Shown one piece after another: positions 18,150 to 28,491 of a stretch of DNA of 51,791 bases. This DNA comes from Actinomycetota bacterium (lineage in GTDB: Bacteria > Actinomycetota > Actinomycetes > S36-B12 > UBA10799), in assembly GCA_963169255.1 (NCBI GenBank), contig CAUJEJ010000040.1:1-51791 (forward strand). The letters are read 5' to 3'. Every line of letters starts with the position of its first letter. The stretch's first letter is position 1. Made by a program: the position numbers and the translations under genes. Below the pieces are notes generated by a model, which worked only from the letters and a program-made list of their open reading frames with translations, did not search any database and was not told the DNA's origin.

Positions 18150-18989
18150 GTGAACATCGGCGGTGCCATCAAATACTTGAACCGGGGACTCACTCATTCG
18201 GGTGCCACGTACGCTGATCGGGTGGCACCTTCATCCCCGCGCGCACGCGCCGCGACGCACGCGGACGTGGATTCCACGGTGGCCGTCACTCCAACGGGTG
18301 AAACTCGCACTGCGCTCGTCCGGCGAGCGCGCCGGATCCAACGTGAACTCGCCGTCGTCTACCCCGACGCACACTGCGAACTTGACTTTGCGAACCCGCT
18401 GCAACTCGTCATCGCAACCATCCTCTCGGCGCAATGCACGGACGTCCGAGTGAACCAAGTGACGCCCATCCTGTTCGCGCGCTACCCGGACGCACCCTCA
18501 CTGGCAGCGGCCGATCGGGCTGAGCTTGAGGCGATCATCTCGTCGACCGGGTTCTTCCGGATGAAGGCAAACTCGCTCCTTGGCATGGCGAACATGGTCT
18601 GCGATCGGTTCCACGGGGAGGTGCCACATCGAATGAAGGACTTGGTGCAACTGCCAGGCGTCGGGCGCAAAACGGCGAATGTGGTTTTAGGTAACGCATT
18701 TGACGTCCCAGGGATCACCGTGGATACGCACTTCGGGCGCCTCTCGCGGCGCTTCGGTTGGACCGACGAGACCGATCCCGAGAAGGTTGAGGTCGAGGTT
18801 GGCTCGCTGTTCCCGCGCAAGGTCTGGACTCCACTGTCGCATCAAATGATCTTCCACGGCCGCCGTTGCTGTTTCTCACAGCGCCCGGCTTGTGGAGCCT
18901 GCCCGGTGGCACGGTGGTGTCCGTCGTTTGGTGAGGGTATTACTGATCCCGTGCTTGCCGCGAAGAAGATCAAGACGGGATCGGCCTGA
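18150..18989 (+). CDS. nth: endonuclease III (start probably internal, near 18267-18279)
   Basis: HhH-GPD region ([13 protein letters not shown]) and Fe-S cluster C-x6-C-x2-C-x5-C ([17 protein letters not shown]). The ORF maximum is given; homologues are about 40 aa shorter at the N terminus. Confidence 0.88.
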   Translation: MNIGGAIKYLNRGLTHSGATYADRVAPSSPRARAATHADVDSTVAVTPTGETRTALVRRARRIQRELAVVYPDAHCELDFANPLQLVIATILSAQCTDVRVNQVTPILFARYPDAPSLAAADRAELEAIISSTGFFRMKANSLLGMANMVCDRFHGEVPHRMKDLVQLPGVGRKTANVVLGNAFDVPGITVDTHFGRLSRRFGWTDETDPEKVEVEVGSLFPRKVWTPLSHQMIFHGRRCCFSQRPACGACPVARWCPSFGEGITDPVLAAKKIKTGSA

Positions 18990-18990
18990 C

Positions 18991-19641
18991 ATGGCTACCC
19001 GACGGCTCCGCACTATTCACTCGCTCGCGATTGTGGCGCTGAGCTGTGTGGCGATCGCAGGCTGCGGCACCCAAGACGGATCGAATCCCGCAGGCTCAGC
19101 GCTGCCGAGTGCACCTGCTTCTGCGATTCCAGGCACGACTGAAGGCGCAACGACAGCCGACATTCAGGCTGCCAAACTTGAGCCGTGCCCGGTGTCCGAT
19201 GCGAACGTCGCGCCGGTTGCGGATGGTTTGCCCGACCTCACCCTGGCGTGTCTCGGTGAAGGTAAACCTGTGAGGCTTGCCGGCGTCCGCGGGACGCCCA
19301 TGGTTGTGAACGTGTGGGCATCTTGGTGCGGGCCATGCAAGGCAGAGCTTCCGATGATGGGCGAGTTCTACCGCGACAACCGCGAAAAGTTAGCGTTTCT
19401 GGGAATTGATATGGCCGACGACCGCGTTGCAGCACTAGCGATGGCGGGATCTACCGCGATGACGTTTCCTTCCGTGCAGGATCCGAAATCAGAGATCCGT
19501 GCGGGATTGAAAGTTATCGGAGTGCCCACCACGCTGTTCGTGCGGCCAGACGGGACGATCGCAGGTCGCACCAGTGTTGTCACCTCGCGGGAAGAACTGG
19601 CTTCTCTCGTTGACAAATACTTGGGGGTGAAGACAACGTGA
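18991..19641 (+). CDS. TlpA-like thiol-disulfide oxidoreductase lipoprotein
   Basis: ATG 18991. Signal/lipobox [10 protein letters not shown] and thioredoxin motif [11 protein letters not shown]. Confidence 0.85.
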   Translation: MATRRLRTIHSLAIVALSCVAIAGCGTQDGSNPAGSALPSAPASAIPGTTEGATTADIQAAKLEPCPVSDANVAPVADGLPDLTLACLGEGKPVRLAGVRGTPMVVNVWASWCGPCKAELPMMGEFYRDNREKLAFLGIDMADDRVAALAMAGSTAMTFPSVQDPKSEIRAGLKVIGVPTTLFVRPDGTIAGRTSVVTSREELASLVDKYLGVKTT

Positions 19642-20339
19642 CGTCAAATGCTGACGACGAACTCAACGTCCTGCTCAACCCTGACGATCTGCCGAGTTGG
19701 TACGCCCCTCTCGTGTCGGGTGTCCAAGCAGCACCACGCGACGAGCTCGTGAGTTTCCGTGCGCCCGCAGATGCAGTCGTTCGGGAATCGGCCGTTCTCG
19801 TGCTCTTCGCCGACGGCGCCGACCGTGGTGTTCCTGGCCCCGATGTCCTCATCATCGAACGTGCGGCAGACATGCGCTCGCACGCCGGGCAACCGGCGTT
19901 TCCCGGCGGCGCCCGAGACCCGGAGGACGCCGACTCGATCGCCACGGCCCTCCGGGAAGCGCAAGAAGAGACCGGCCTCGACGCAACCGGTGTTGCACCC
20001 GTGGCCACCCTGCCGCAGATGTGGTTGCCCCCGTCCGGGTTTGTCGTGACCCCGGTGCTCGGGTGGTGGCATGAGCCATCCCCGATCTTTGCGGGTGATC
20101 CAGCCGAGGTTGCCGACGTCCATCGCGTCGCCGTTGCCGACATGATTAACCCAACGAACCGCGTGAAGGTGTCGCATCCGTCCGGCTATGTCGGTTCGGG
20201 GTTCGAGGTCGACGGGATGTTGGTGTGGGGCTTCACCGGGCTGCTCCTCGATCGACTGTTCTCGCTCGCCGGTTGGGAACAGCCGTGGGAGGCAGCGGCC
20301 CGCGTTGTTCCGTTTGATGACGGCTGGCGCGCAAGCTAA
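19638..20339 (+). CDS. NUDIX hydrolase (CoA pyrophosphatase-like)
   Basis: Nudix box GQPAFPGGARDPEDADSIATALREAQEETGL. GTGA overlap with the preceding gene. Confidence 0.8.
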   Translation: MTSNADDELNVLLNPDDLPSWYAPLVSGVQAAPRDELVSFRAPADAVVRESAVLVLFADGADRGVPGPDVLIIERAADMRSHAGQPAFPGGARDPEDADSIATALREAQEETGLDATGVAPVATLPQMWLPPSGFVVTPVLGWWHEPSPIFAGDPAEVADVHRVAVADMINPTNRVKVSHPSGYVGSGFEVDGMLVWGFTGLLLDRLFSLAGWEQPWEAAARVVPFDDGWRAS

Positions 20340-20480
20340 AGCCGCGGAGCGTGGGGTGGATTAGTGCGCAACAGCAGGAAATGCGGGTTCACTGAACGCG
20401 AACAATTCTCCTACGAACTGGGGTAGTGCGCGCGCACCCCAATAGGACAGACTTGCGGCCTACGCGGTGAGGAGGTGCCC

Positions 20481-21692
20481 ATGAGTTTCGTTAACCTGAA
20501 TTTTGTCGACCTGCTCGTGCTCGCCGCAGTCATCTTGTTCGCTTGGTCCGGCTGGCGCAACGGATTTGTCTCCGGTTTGCTCTCGTTTATCGGGTTCCTC
20601 GGTGGCGGGCTGATCGGCGTTTACCTCGCGCCGTACATCTTGCGCCCACTCGGCATCGACGGAACCATTGGTCTGGCAGCAACGGGTGCGCTCATCATCG
20701 GCTGTGCGATCACCGGACAGGTCTGCACGTCCATGATCGGCCGTCGGCTCCACTCCAGGATTACCTGGGAACCCGCTCGCCTACTCGACAACTTCGGCGG
20801 CGCAGCACTCAACGTGTTGGCCATCGCAATTATCGGCTGGATCCTCGCGGCGACCGCGACGGCGCTACCGGGGTCATCGGTTGCCGCTTCCGTGCGGTCC
20901 TCAACGGTGTTAGCGACGCTGGACTCGGTCGTGCCGAGCCAGGCGCGCGACATGGTGACCAATCTGCGGAACATGGTGGATACCTCGGGTCTGCCTCAGC
21001 TATTTGACACCTTCGGCGTCATTCCGCCTGCCCCGGTGGATGCACCTACCGCGGCCGTCGTGAAGAACCGGGCCGTCCAGGCCTCGTTGAACTCGGTCGT
21101 CAGGGTGTCGGGTTCGGCGCCCTCTTGCGGGTCTGGATTCACCGGTAGCGGGTTTGTGGTCGCGCCGGGGCGGGTGCTCACGAACGCCCACGTGATTGCA
21201 GGTGTCCCGGAACCTCGCGTGGAGGTGCCCGACGTCGGTCGGTTCCGAGCCAAGACGGTCTACTTCGATCCCCGCATTGACGTGGCGATCCTGCAAGTTC
21301 AAGGGCTCAATGCACCATCGCTGAAGATGTCCGGCCCGATTGATCGTGGCACTGACACCGTCATCGCCGGGTACCCCGGCGGCGGCGAGATGAAGGCCAC
21401 CGCTGCTCGGGTTCGGGGCACAATCGGTGGCGAGATCGCCCGCGGAACAGACATTTACGGCAATCCTGGCGTCGCCCGCGAGGTCTATGCGCTGCGCGGC
21501 ACCGCCCGGCCAGGTAACTCCGGCGGCCCGTTGTTGACCACCGACGGTCGGGTGGCAGGCGTCATCTACGCCCAAGCTCAGCAGGACCCGCAGATGGCGT
21601 TCGCGCTGACCGCGAATCAGGTATCGGCGGCTATCTCCAAGGGCCGCACCGCAACGCAGGAAGTATCGACCGGACCTTGCTCGCGCACGTAG
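20481..21692 (+). CDS. marP: MarP-family membrane serine protease (CvpA membrane domain + trypsin-like domain)
   Basis: Four N-terminal TM helices, then catalytic motifs TNAHV, D (DVAIL) and GNSGGP. GAGGAGG lies 5 nt before ATG 20481 (the ORF track starts at GTG 20475). Confidence 0.88.
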   Translation: MSFVNLNFVDLLVLAAVILFAWSGWRNGFVSGLLSFIGFLGGGLIGVYLAPYILRPLGIDGTIGLAATGALIIGCAITGQVCTSMIGRRLHSRITWEPARLLDNFGGAALNVLAIAIIGWILAATATALPGSSVAASVRSSTVLATLDSVVPSQARDMVTNLRNMVDTSGLPQLFDTFGVIPPAPVDAPTAAVVKNRAVQASLNSVVRVSGSAPSCGSGFTGSGFVVAPGRVLTNAHVIAGVPEPRVEVPDVGRFRAKTVYFDPRIDVAILQVQGLNAPSLKMSGPIDRGTDTVIAGYPGGGEMKATAARVRGTIGGEIARGTDIYGNPGVAREVYALRGTARPGNSGGPLLTTDGRVAGVIYAQAQQDPQMAFALTANQVSAAISKGRTATQEVSTGPCSRT

Positions 21693-21696
21693 TTCG

Positions 21697-22638
21697 TTAG
21701 TCGCGGGCGTCGTCCCACGGCTCGGCGCTTGACAACCAATCAAGGATCAGCGAATGGGTCGCAGCAGGCGATTCTTCATGCGGGAAATGTCCAACCTGCG
21801 GCAGTGTCCGCCACGCGTACGGGCCGGTGGTGTATTCCCGGGACCCCTTGGCAGAACGAGGCAGGATCGCTCGGTCCGTTGCGCCGTGAATGTGGAGCAC
21901 CGGTTGGTGCACATGGTTCGCGAGCATGTCGGCTTTGAATTTGCGGCCGTCGGAACGCGGAAGCGAGCGAAACGCCCAGCGGTAGTACTCCAACGCGCAG
22001 TGCGCGGTCGCTCCCACTTGGAATGCTGCCCGGAAGTGGGCTGACGCTTCTTCATCGGGCCAGGCTGGATCCGCCGACCAGCGACGCAAGAACTCGTCGA
22101 CCTGTTCGGCGTTGTTCTTCGTCAGGTTTCGTTCGGGAAGGATCGGGCGTTGGTAGCCAAGGGCGTAGCTCATCGCGGCGAGTTGGGCGCGGTCCCCGAG
22201 GATCGCGTCGCGCATCCGCACTGGGTGAGGGGCAGAAATCGCGACAAGGCGATTGACGGATTCCGGCTGCAGAGCTGCCGTACTCCAGCCAAGCTGCCCA
22301 CCGATTCCGTGGCCGATCACGGTTGCGCTGGGGTCGCCGAGGCTGCGGATGATGGAGGCGATGTCCTTCGACAGCGTGAACGGGTCGTAGCCGCGTGGCG
22401 GGTGATCGCTGCCGGCATACCCGCGCAGGTCGACGGCCGCGACGCGGTAGCCCGCATTGGCGAGGACCGGAATGAACTCTCGCCACGTCCACCAATACAT
22501 GGGGAACCCGTGGAGGAGGACGACGAGTGGTCCATCACCCGCTGTCACTGTGTGGAACCGCGCTCCGTTGGCTGCGATGTCACGGTGGGTCCATGGACCG
22601 GTGACGGCAACGGCGTCTTCCGGGGTTAGCTCGGGCAT
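21697..22638 (-). CDS. alpha/beta hydrolase (epoxide hydrolase-like)
   Basis: HGFP oxyanion motif (LLHGFPMYWW), nucleophile elbow GHGIGG, and C-terminal GHFPHEE. Confidence 0.85.
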   Translation of the reverse strand: MPELTPEDAVAVTGPWTHRDIAANGARFHTVTAGDGPLVVLLHGFPMYWWTWREFIPVLANAGYRVAAVDLRGYAGSDHPPRGYDPFTLSKDIASIIRSLGDPSATVIGHGIGGQLGWSTAALQPESVNRLVAISAPHPVRMRDAILGDRAQLAAMSYALGYQRPILPERNLTKNNAEQVDEFLRRWSADPAWPDEEASAHFRAAFQVGATAHCALEYYRWAFRSLPRSDGRKFKADMLANHVHQPVLHIHGATDRAILPRSAKGSREYTTGPYAWRTLPQVGHFPHEESPAATHSLILDWLSSAEPWDDARD

Positions 22639-22650
22639 AACGGTGCGGAA

Positions 22651-23079
22651 TCAGCTCCCGGCGATCTTCGACCGCGCGGTATCACCGAATGTCTTGGCCG
22701 TGAGTTCCATCTGGGCCTGGGCGCGTTCCGGTCCCTTGACCTTCTTGGCGTGGGCCTTGCCTGCAACGAGCAAGATGGCACCAACGATGAACAGCACGAG
22801 GGTGACGATGCCGAAGCCTGCCCATACCGGCAGTCCAAGGGCAACAAGGACGTACGCGATGGTGACGAGTAGGAAGATCGCACCGATTCCGACGATCGCG
22901 ATCGCAACTGCAATCAGGCCAAACGCGGCACCTGCCTGCTGTGCGCTCTGCTTCATCTCGGCCTTCGCCAGTTCGACCTGGGCGGAGACGAGGGAAGTGG
23001 CGTTATCGGCGACGGTAAGGACGAGTTCGCGAACGCTTGGGTCGACCTTGCCGTTCGGGTCGTAGTCGGTGCTTGTCAT
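22651..23079 (-). CDS. small membrane protein of the actinobacterial phage-holin-like family
   Basis: 142 aa with an amphipathic N-terminal region then two long TM helices (AAFGLIAVAIAIVGIGAIFLLV.., GFGIVTLVLFIVGAILLVAG). It resembles proteins usually labelled phage holin family protein. Confidence 0.55.
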   Translation of the reverse strand: MTSTDYDPNGKVDPSVRELVLTVADNATSLVSAQVELAKAEMKQSAQQAGAAFGLIAVAIAIVGIGAIFLLVTIAYVLVALGLPVWAGFGIVTLVLFIVGAILLVAGKAHAKKVKGPERAQAQMELTAKTFGDTARSKIAGS

Positions 23080-23088
23080 GGGGCAAGG

Positions 23089-24300
23089 CTAGCCGGACTC
23101 GGCCCCATGATGGCGGCCACGGCGCATTAGGGCGATTGATGCGAGTCCAGCCGAAATCACCGACGCAGTGAGGACGGCAAGCTTGGCGTCGGTCAGCAGC
23201 GTCTCGGAATCCTCAAATGCGAGCTCGGTGATCAATAACGAGACGGTGAACCCGACGCCTGCGACGATTCCCACGGCGAGGATGTCGCGCCAGCCCAGGA
23301 TGTCTGCAAGCCGTACTCCCCGGATCCGTGTGACGAGCCACGCGCCGCCGACGACGCCAATGGGTTTGCCAATGACGAGGCCCGCCAAAATGCCGAGGGC
23401 AAGTGGTTCGGTGAGGGCTTCGAGGGGTTTGACCCCGGCCAAGCTGACGCCGGCGGCGAAGAACGCAAACAGCGGAACACACACCCCGGCCGACAGCGGG
23501 TGGAACCCGTGTTGAAGACGTTCCACGGGCGACTCCTCTTCGCCGGGATCCGGGCGCGCACGGGTGAGCAGACCTAACGCGATTCCCGCAACGGTCGCGT
23601 GGACCCCAGAGGCGTGGATCAGCATCCAGACGCCGAAGGCGAGCGGAAGGTAGATCCATGGTGAACGCACGCGCTTGTACTGCAACCAGGCGTAGGCGCC
23701 GAGCAGAACGACTGCTCCGGCGAGTGGGGCGAGCGCGAGAGCCTTGGTGTAGAAGATCGCGATCACCGAGATCGCGCCGAGGTCGTCAACAACCGCGAGG
23801 GTGAGGAGGAAGACGCGAACTTCGACGGGGAGTCTGCGCCCGGCCACCGCGAGAACTGCGAGCGCGAAGGCGATGTCTGTCGCCATCGGGATGCCCCAGC
23901 CAGAAACCTCGCCACCTTCGGAGGTCACGTTTATGACGGTGTAGATCAGCGCCGGGACGAGCATTCCGCCGATCGCCGCTGCGATCGGGACGAGCGCCGT
24001 CGAGAGCTTGTGTAGGGAACCGAGGACGAACTCGTACTTGAGTTCCAGGCCGGCCACAAAGAAGAAGATCGCGAGCAAGCCGTCCGCTGCCCACTCGCCC
24101 AGCGTCAAGTTCAGGTGCAGTGATTCTGGGCCGACCTCGTAGTTGACGAGGTTCTCGTAACTGCTAGCCCAGGGCGAGTTTGCCCAGATGAGCGCGACCG
24201 TTGCGGCGACTAGCAGGATGACGCCGCCGACGGTCTCGTCGCGTAGGGCGGACAGCACAACCTTCGTCGGCTTCGCCAGACCCTCCGGAACTACTGCCAC
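23089..24300 (-). CDS. nhaA: Na+/H+ antiporter NhaA
   Basis: 403 aa polytopic protein with NhaA hallmarks (GIPMATDIAFALAVL, LLTLAVVDDLGAI). Confidence 0.9.
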   Translation of the reverse strand: MAVVPEGLAKPTKVVLSALRDETVGGVILLVAATVALIWANSPWASSYENLVNYEVGPESLHLNLTLGEWAADGLLAIFFFVAGLELKYEFVLGSLHKLSTALVPIAAAIGGMLVPALIYTVINVTSEGGEVSGWGIPMATDIAFALAVLAVAGRRLPVEVRVFLLTLAVVDDLGAISVIAIFYTKALALAPLAGAVVLLGAYAWLQYKRVRSPWIYLPLAFGVWMLIHASGVHATVAGIALGLLTRARPDPGEEESPVERLQHGFHPLSAGVCVPLFAFFAAGVSLAGVKPLEALTEPLALGILAGLVIGKPIGVVGGAWLVTRIRGVRLADILGWRDILAVGIVAGVGFTVSLLITELAFEDSETLLTDAKLAVLTASVISAGLASIALMRRGRHHGAESG

Positions 24301-24367
24301 CGCTGCATCCCATCAGTTGCGGACGATGTTCGGCTACTCGGGTGAGAAGGCCGGCGCTTGTGAGTCG

Positions 24368-26329
24368 TTAGTCAGTGTCGGTTGCCGTCGCTAATCCAGA
24401 GGAGATCAGCGCCATGACCGCAGGGTCGGCAAGTGTGGAGGTATCGCCAAGGTCACGGTTCTCGGCAACGTCGCGCAGCAGGCGGCGCATGATCTTCCCG
24501 GAGCGGGTCTTCGGGAGTTCCTTGACGACCATGACGCGCTTCGGCTTGGCGATTGAGCCGATTTCCGTGCCGACGTGCGATCGGATGTTCTCAACAGTGT
24601 CCGGCGAGATGTCGGCGTTTTCGCGCAGGATGACGAAGGCCACGATCGCTTGTCCGGTGGTGTCGTCGTTCGCGCCAACCACGGCCGCCTCCGCCACAGC
24701 GGCGTGGGACACGAGTGCTGACTCGACCTCCGCTGTGGAGATCCGGTGGCCCGACACGTTCATCACGTCGTCCACCCGCCCGAGCAGCCAGATGTGGCCC
24801 TCGCGGTCGTACTTCGCGCCGTCTCCGGCGAAGTAGACCTGCGGCCAACGCGACCAATATTGCTCGACGTAACGCTCGTCATCACCCCAGATGCCTCTAA
24901 GCATCGCGGGCCAGGGCTCATCGAGGATCAGGTAGCCAGCCTCGCTGCGCTCGATCTGGTTGCCGTCATCGTCCACGACCTTTGCACTGATGCCAGGTAA
25001 CGGATCCATGGCTGATCCTGGTTTGGTGTGCGTGACGCCAGGCAGCGGGCTGATCATGATGGCGCCCGTCTCGGTCTGCCACCACGTATCGACGATCGGG
25101 CAGTTGTCGCCGCCGATCACGCTTCGGTACCACATCCATGCGGCCGGGTTGATGGGTTCGCCGACGCTTCCGAGCAGGCGCAGCGAGGTCAGGTCAAACT
25201 GACCGGGAAACTCCCGGCCCCACTTCGCGAACGTCCGGATTGCCGTAGGCGCGGTGTAGAGAATCGTCACGCGGTACTTCTCGACGATCTCCCACCAGCG
25301 GCCCTTGTGTGGGGTATCGGGCGTGCCTTCGTACATAACTTGGGTTGCCCGGTTGGCAAGTGGGCCGTACACGATGTAGCTGTGCCCGGTGATCCAACCG
25401 ACGTCTGCGGTGCACCAGTAGACGTCCGCGCCTGGCTTGTGGTCGAACACCATGTGGTGGGTGTACGCGGCCTGGGTGAGATAGCCGCCGGTCGTGTGCA
25501 GGATTCCTTTTGGTTTGCCGGTGGTGCCAGAGGTGTACAGGATGAAGAGCGGGTGCTCGCTATCGAAGAACTCCGGATCGTGAGTGGTTGAGGCGCCGCC
25601 CACGGCCTCATGCCACCAGACGTCCTTGTCCGTCCAGACGACGTCGCCACCGGTTCGCCGGACCACCAGCACGTGTTCGACGGTGGGAGCGGCGGCAACG
25701 GCCTCATCAACCGCAGGCTTGAGCGGGAACGCGCTACCGCGTCGGTAGCCGCCGTCGGCGGTGATGACGACCTTCGCTGCGGCGTCATCGATTCGACTGC
25801 GTAGGGCTTCGGCACTGAAGCCGCCGAAGACGACGGAGTGCGGAGCTCCGAGCCGGGCGCACGCCAACATCGCGATGACGGCTTCCGGGATCATTGGCAG
25901 GTAGATCGCGACCCGGTCACCGGCGACGACCCCGAGTGCGGCAAGCGCGTTCGCGGCTTGGCACACCTCGTCTTGAAGCTGCTGGTAGGTGATTGCGCGG
26001 GTATCTCCGGGCTCGCCTTCGAAGTGGATCGCAACCTGGTCGCCAAAGCCATCGGCGACGTGGCGGTCGACGCAGTTCACCGCGACGTTGATCCGGCCGT
26101 CCACAAACCACTTCGCAAACGGCGCGCCGGACCAGTCCAACGTTGTGGTCCACCGCTTGTCCCAGTGGAGCCTGCCGGCTTGTTCATCCCAAAACGCCAT
26201 GCGATCACCCTGCGCCTGCGCATAAAGCTCTAAGCTGGCGTTGGCCTGGGCGACAAACTCAGGTGACGGGGGGAAGTGTCGGTTTTCGTGGAGCATGGAC
26301 TCAAACGGGTCTGTGGTCACGTCCACCAC
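24368..26329 (-). CDS. acs: acetyl-CoA synthetase
   Basis: 653 aa. AMP-binding signature [18 protein letters not shown], and C-terminal [12 protein letters not shown]. Confidence 0.95.
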   Translation of the reverse strand: MVDVTTDPFESMLHENRHFPPSPEFVAQANASLELYAQAQGDRMAFWDEQAGRLHWDKRWTTTLDWSGAPFAKWFVDGRINVAVNCVDRHVADGFGDQVAIHFEGEPGDTRAITYQQLQDEVCQAANALAALGVVAGDRVAIYLPMIPEAVIAMLACARLGAPHSVVFGGFSAEALRSRIDDAAAKVVITADGGYRRGSAFPLKPAVDEAVAAAPTVEHVLVVRRTGGDVVWTDKDVWWHEAVGGASTTHDPEFFDSEHPLFILYTSGTTGKPKGILHTTGGYLTQAAYTHHMVFDHKPGADVYWCTADVGWITGHSYIVYGPLANRATQVMYEGTPDTPHKGRWWEIVEKYRVTILYTAPTAIRTFAKWGREFPGQFDLTSLRLLGSVGEPINPAAWMWYRSVIGGDNCPIVDTWWQTETGAIMISPLPGVTHTKPGSAMDPLPGISAKVVDDDGNQIERSEAGYLILDEPWPAMLRGIWGDDERYVEQYWSRWPQVYFAGDGAKYDREGHIWLLGRVDDVMNVSGHRISTAEVESALVSHAAVAEAAVVGANDDTTGQAIVAFVILRENADISPDTVENIRSHVGTEIGSIAKPKRVMVVKELPKTRSGKIMRRLLRDVAENRDLGDTSTLADPAVMALISSGLATATDTD

Positions 26330-26439
26330 GCTAGCGACGATCGCGCTCCATCACCTGAAACAAAGGGCCGAATAGCGCAATCCGGGGTAGTTTTAGGGCG
26401 TTCGCGACGCAAATCGAGCGGCGAACTGGTGGAGGGGTA

Positions 26440-27630
26440 ATGGATAAGCGACAGATCACCATTTTGGTCGTTGCCGCCGTTGCGGTTGTCGGTTTGGTCG
26501 CGTTCATTCTGCCGAGCCGAATGGACAACACCAGCGCCAATTCGCCAGCCGAAGGTTCGGCGCAGCTCATCACCGGTGACGGCTTGAAGGTTGTTGATGA
26601 CTCTGGTGTGACCACACCACCGGAGCCGCAGCCAGAGTTCGAGATCGAGAAGGTCGAAGCCGGTCAGAAGCCGCCGCAGTTCGTGGTCATGTCGTTTGAC
26701 GGTGGCGTCGAAAACAAGACCGGAATCATGCAGCACTACCTCGACGCCGCGAAGAAGATCGACGCACGGATGTCGTTCTACATCTCCGGCACGTACCTGT
26801 TGCCTGACAACAAGGCCAAGCTCAACTACAACCCGCCAGGCAAACCGCGGGGAACGTCGGCGATTGGCTTCGGTGATCCAGCGATCATCGAAACCCGGAT
26901 CGACAAACTGACTGAAGCGTGGAACGCGGGTCACGAGATCGGCACCCACTACAACGGCCACTTCTGTGGCACGGGCGGAGTGAGTTCGTGGAGCGCGGCG
27001 GACTGGACCAGCGAGATCAACCAGTTCAACATGTTCCTCGACGACTGGCGCACGTTCAACCCGCAGGCCGCAAGCGCTGGCCCGCTGCCGTTCAACTCAA
27101 GTGTGGTCAAGGGTGGACGCACGCCGTGCTTGGAAGGCAAGCGCCCGGCGATGTACAAAGCCTTCAAGGAGGCCGGCTACCGGTACGACACCTCCAACAG
27201 CGGCACGTTGACGTGGCCCAAGCAGGTCACGAACGGACTGTGGAACATCCCGCTGCAGTCAATCAAGGTCGCTGGCTCCAACTACCAGACGCTGTCGATG
27301 GACTACAACTTCCTCGTCAACCAGAACAACGGCAACCAGCAGGCGCCGCAGGCGAAGTGTGACGAGATTGAGGACGTCACCTACAACTCGTACGTGAATG
27401 CGCTGAAGTCAGTCGAGAAAGACAACCGTGCACCGCTGATCCTGGGCAACCACATGAACGATTGGGTCTGTGGCGCGTACACCAATGCACTGACGCGGTT
27501 CATGGAAGACACCGGCAAGAACCACCCCGAGGTCAAGTTCATCTCGTCGTTGGACTTGGTCAACTGGATGGAAGCCCAAGACCCAACACTGCTCGCACAG
27601 TGGCAGCAAATGCCACCGGCAAAGCAGTAG
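26440..27630 (+). CDS. membrane-anchored polysaccharide deacetylase (NodB-like) family protein
   Basis: N-terminal TM helix. NodB-like motifs VMSFDGG (TFDDG-type) and GHEIGTHYNGH (H-x-x-x-H). Asn/Lys-richer composition than its neighbours. Confidence 0.55.
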   Translation: MDKRQITILVVAAVAVVGLVAFILPSRMDNTSANSPAEGSAQLITGDGLKVVDDSGVTTPPEPQPEFEIEKVEAGQKPPQFVVMSFDGGVENKTGIMQHYLDAAKKIDARMSFYISGTYLLPDNKAKLNYNPPGKPRGTSAIGFGDPAIIETRIDKLTEAWNAGHEIGTHYNGHFCGTGGVSSWSAADWTSEINQFNMFLDDWRTFNPQAASAGPLPFNSSVVKGGRTPCLEGKRPAMYKAFKEAGYRYDTSNSGTLTWPKQVTNGLWNIPLQSIKVAGSNYQTLSMDYNFLVNQNNGNQQAPQAKCDEIEDVTYNSYVNALKSVEKDNRAPLILGNHMNDWVCGAYTNALTRFMEDTGKNHPEVKFISSLDLVNWMEAQDPTLLAQWQQMPPAKQ

Positions 27631-27640
27631 GTGGCTGGCC

Positions 27641-28438
27641 TTGCCTGACGTCCTTCTGCCGCTCGTCGATTTGCCTGGCGTCGCGGAGTCGACCGCGAGT
27701 GCGCGCGAGCGTGTTGATGCGCTCCTCTGGGATCGTTCCTTGCGAACAAAAGGGTCCACCTTGCGCACCGACGTTGCGCTGCAGAACGCGCGTGCATCGG
27801 CAGCAATCGACGGCATCGAAATCGCGCTTGCCGCTTGGGCCAGTGGCGACGCATTTGATGACTCACCGCTCGGTCACGCCGCTGCCGGAATCTGGCGGCT
27901 CGAGGAGGGTTTGAGCGAGCAACTCGCGGTGTGGCCGAACGCGCCGATGCAGTCACTCGCACGTATGCACACCCTGGTCGCGCGCGATGTGATCGCCGAC
28001 AAAGATTCGTTGGGTCGGCCTCGTGGTGGTGACACCGTTGATGACCCGTTGCGGATCAAGTCGGTGCCTGACGTTGCGTCGATGAAGGTCAGACTTGCTG
28101 GGTTGGCCGGAGTGATCACGGCCGAATCCGAGGTGCCAGCGATGGTGCAGGCGGCTGTGGTTCACGGCGAGTTGATCGCGCTGCGACCGTTTGAGTGGGG
28201 TAGTTCGCTGATCGCTCGCGCGGCTTCCCGCATTGTGCTCGCGCAACGCGGGCTTGACCCCGACTTCCTGCTGATGACGGATGCCGCGATCTATTCGATC
28301 GGGCGTCCTGCGTATGTGGACGCGGTCAGGGCGTACCTCACGGGCACACCGGACGGGGTCGCTCGCTGGATCCGCTTCTGCGCCGAATCATGTGCGGTGG
28401 GCGCGCGGCTGAGTATTGATCGGTTGGCGCAGCTCTAA
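27641..28438 (+). CDS. Fic/Fido-fold protein with degenerate active-site motif
   Basis: AAVVHGELIALRPFEWGSSLIARAASRIVLAQRGLDP aligns with the Fic core H..F..IHPFxDGNGRxxR. The catalytic His is Arg and GNGR is replaced by GSSL (28181-28219). Confidence 0.45.
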   Translation: MPDVLLPLVDLPGVAESTASARERVDALLWDRSLRTKGSTLRTDVALQNARASAAIDGIEIALAAWASGDAFDDSPLGHAAAGIWRLEEGLSEQLAVWPNAPMQSLARMHTLVARDVIADKDSLGRPRGGDTVDDPLRIKSVPDVASMKVRLAGLAGVITAESEVPAMVQAAVVHGELIALRPFEWGSSLIARAASRIVLAQRGLDPDFLLMTDAAIYSIGRPAYVDAVRAYLTGTPDGVARWIRFCAESCAVGARLSIDRLAQL

Positions 28439-28491
28439 GGTTCCGGAAGGCGGAGCACCCGGCTTTTGGCGATTGATAAATCGGAGGGCAC

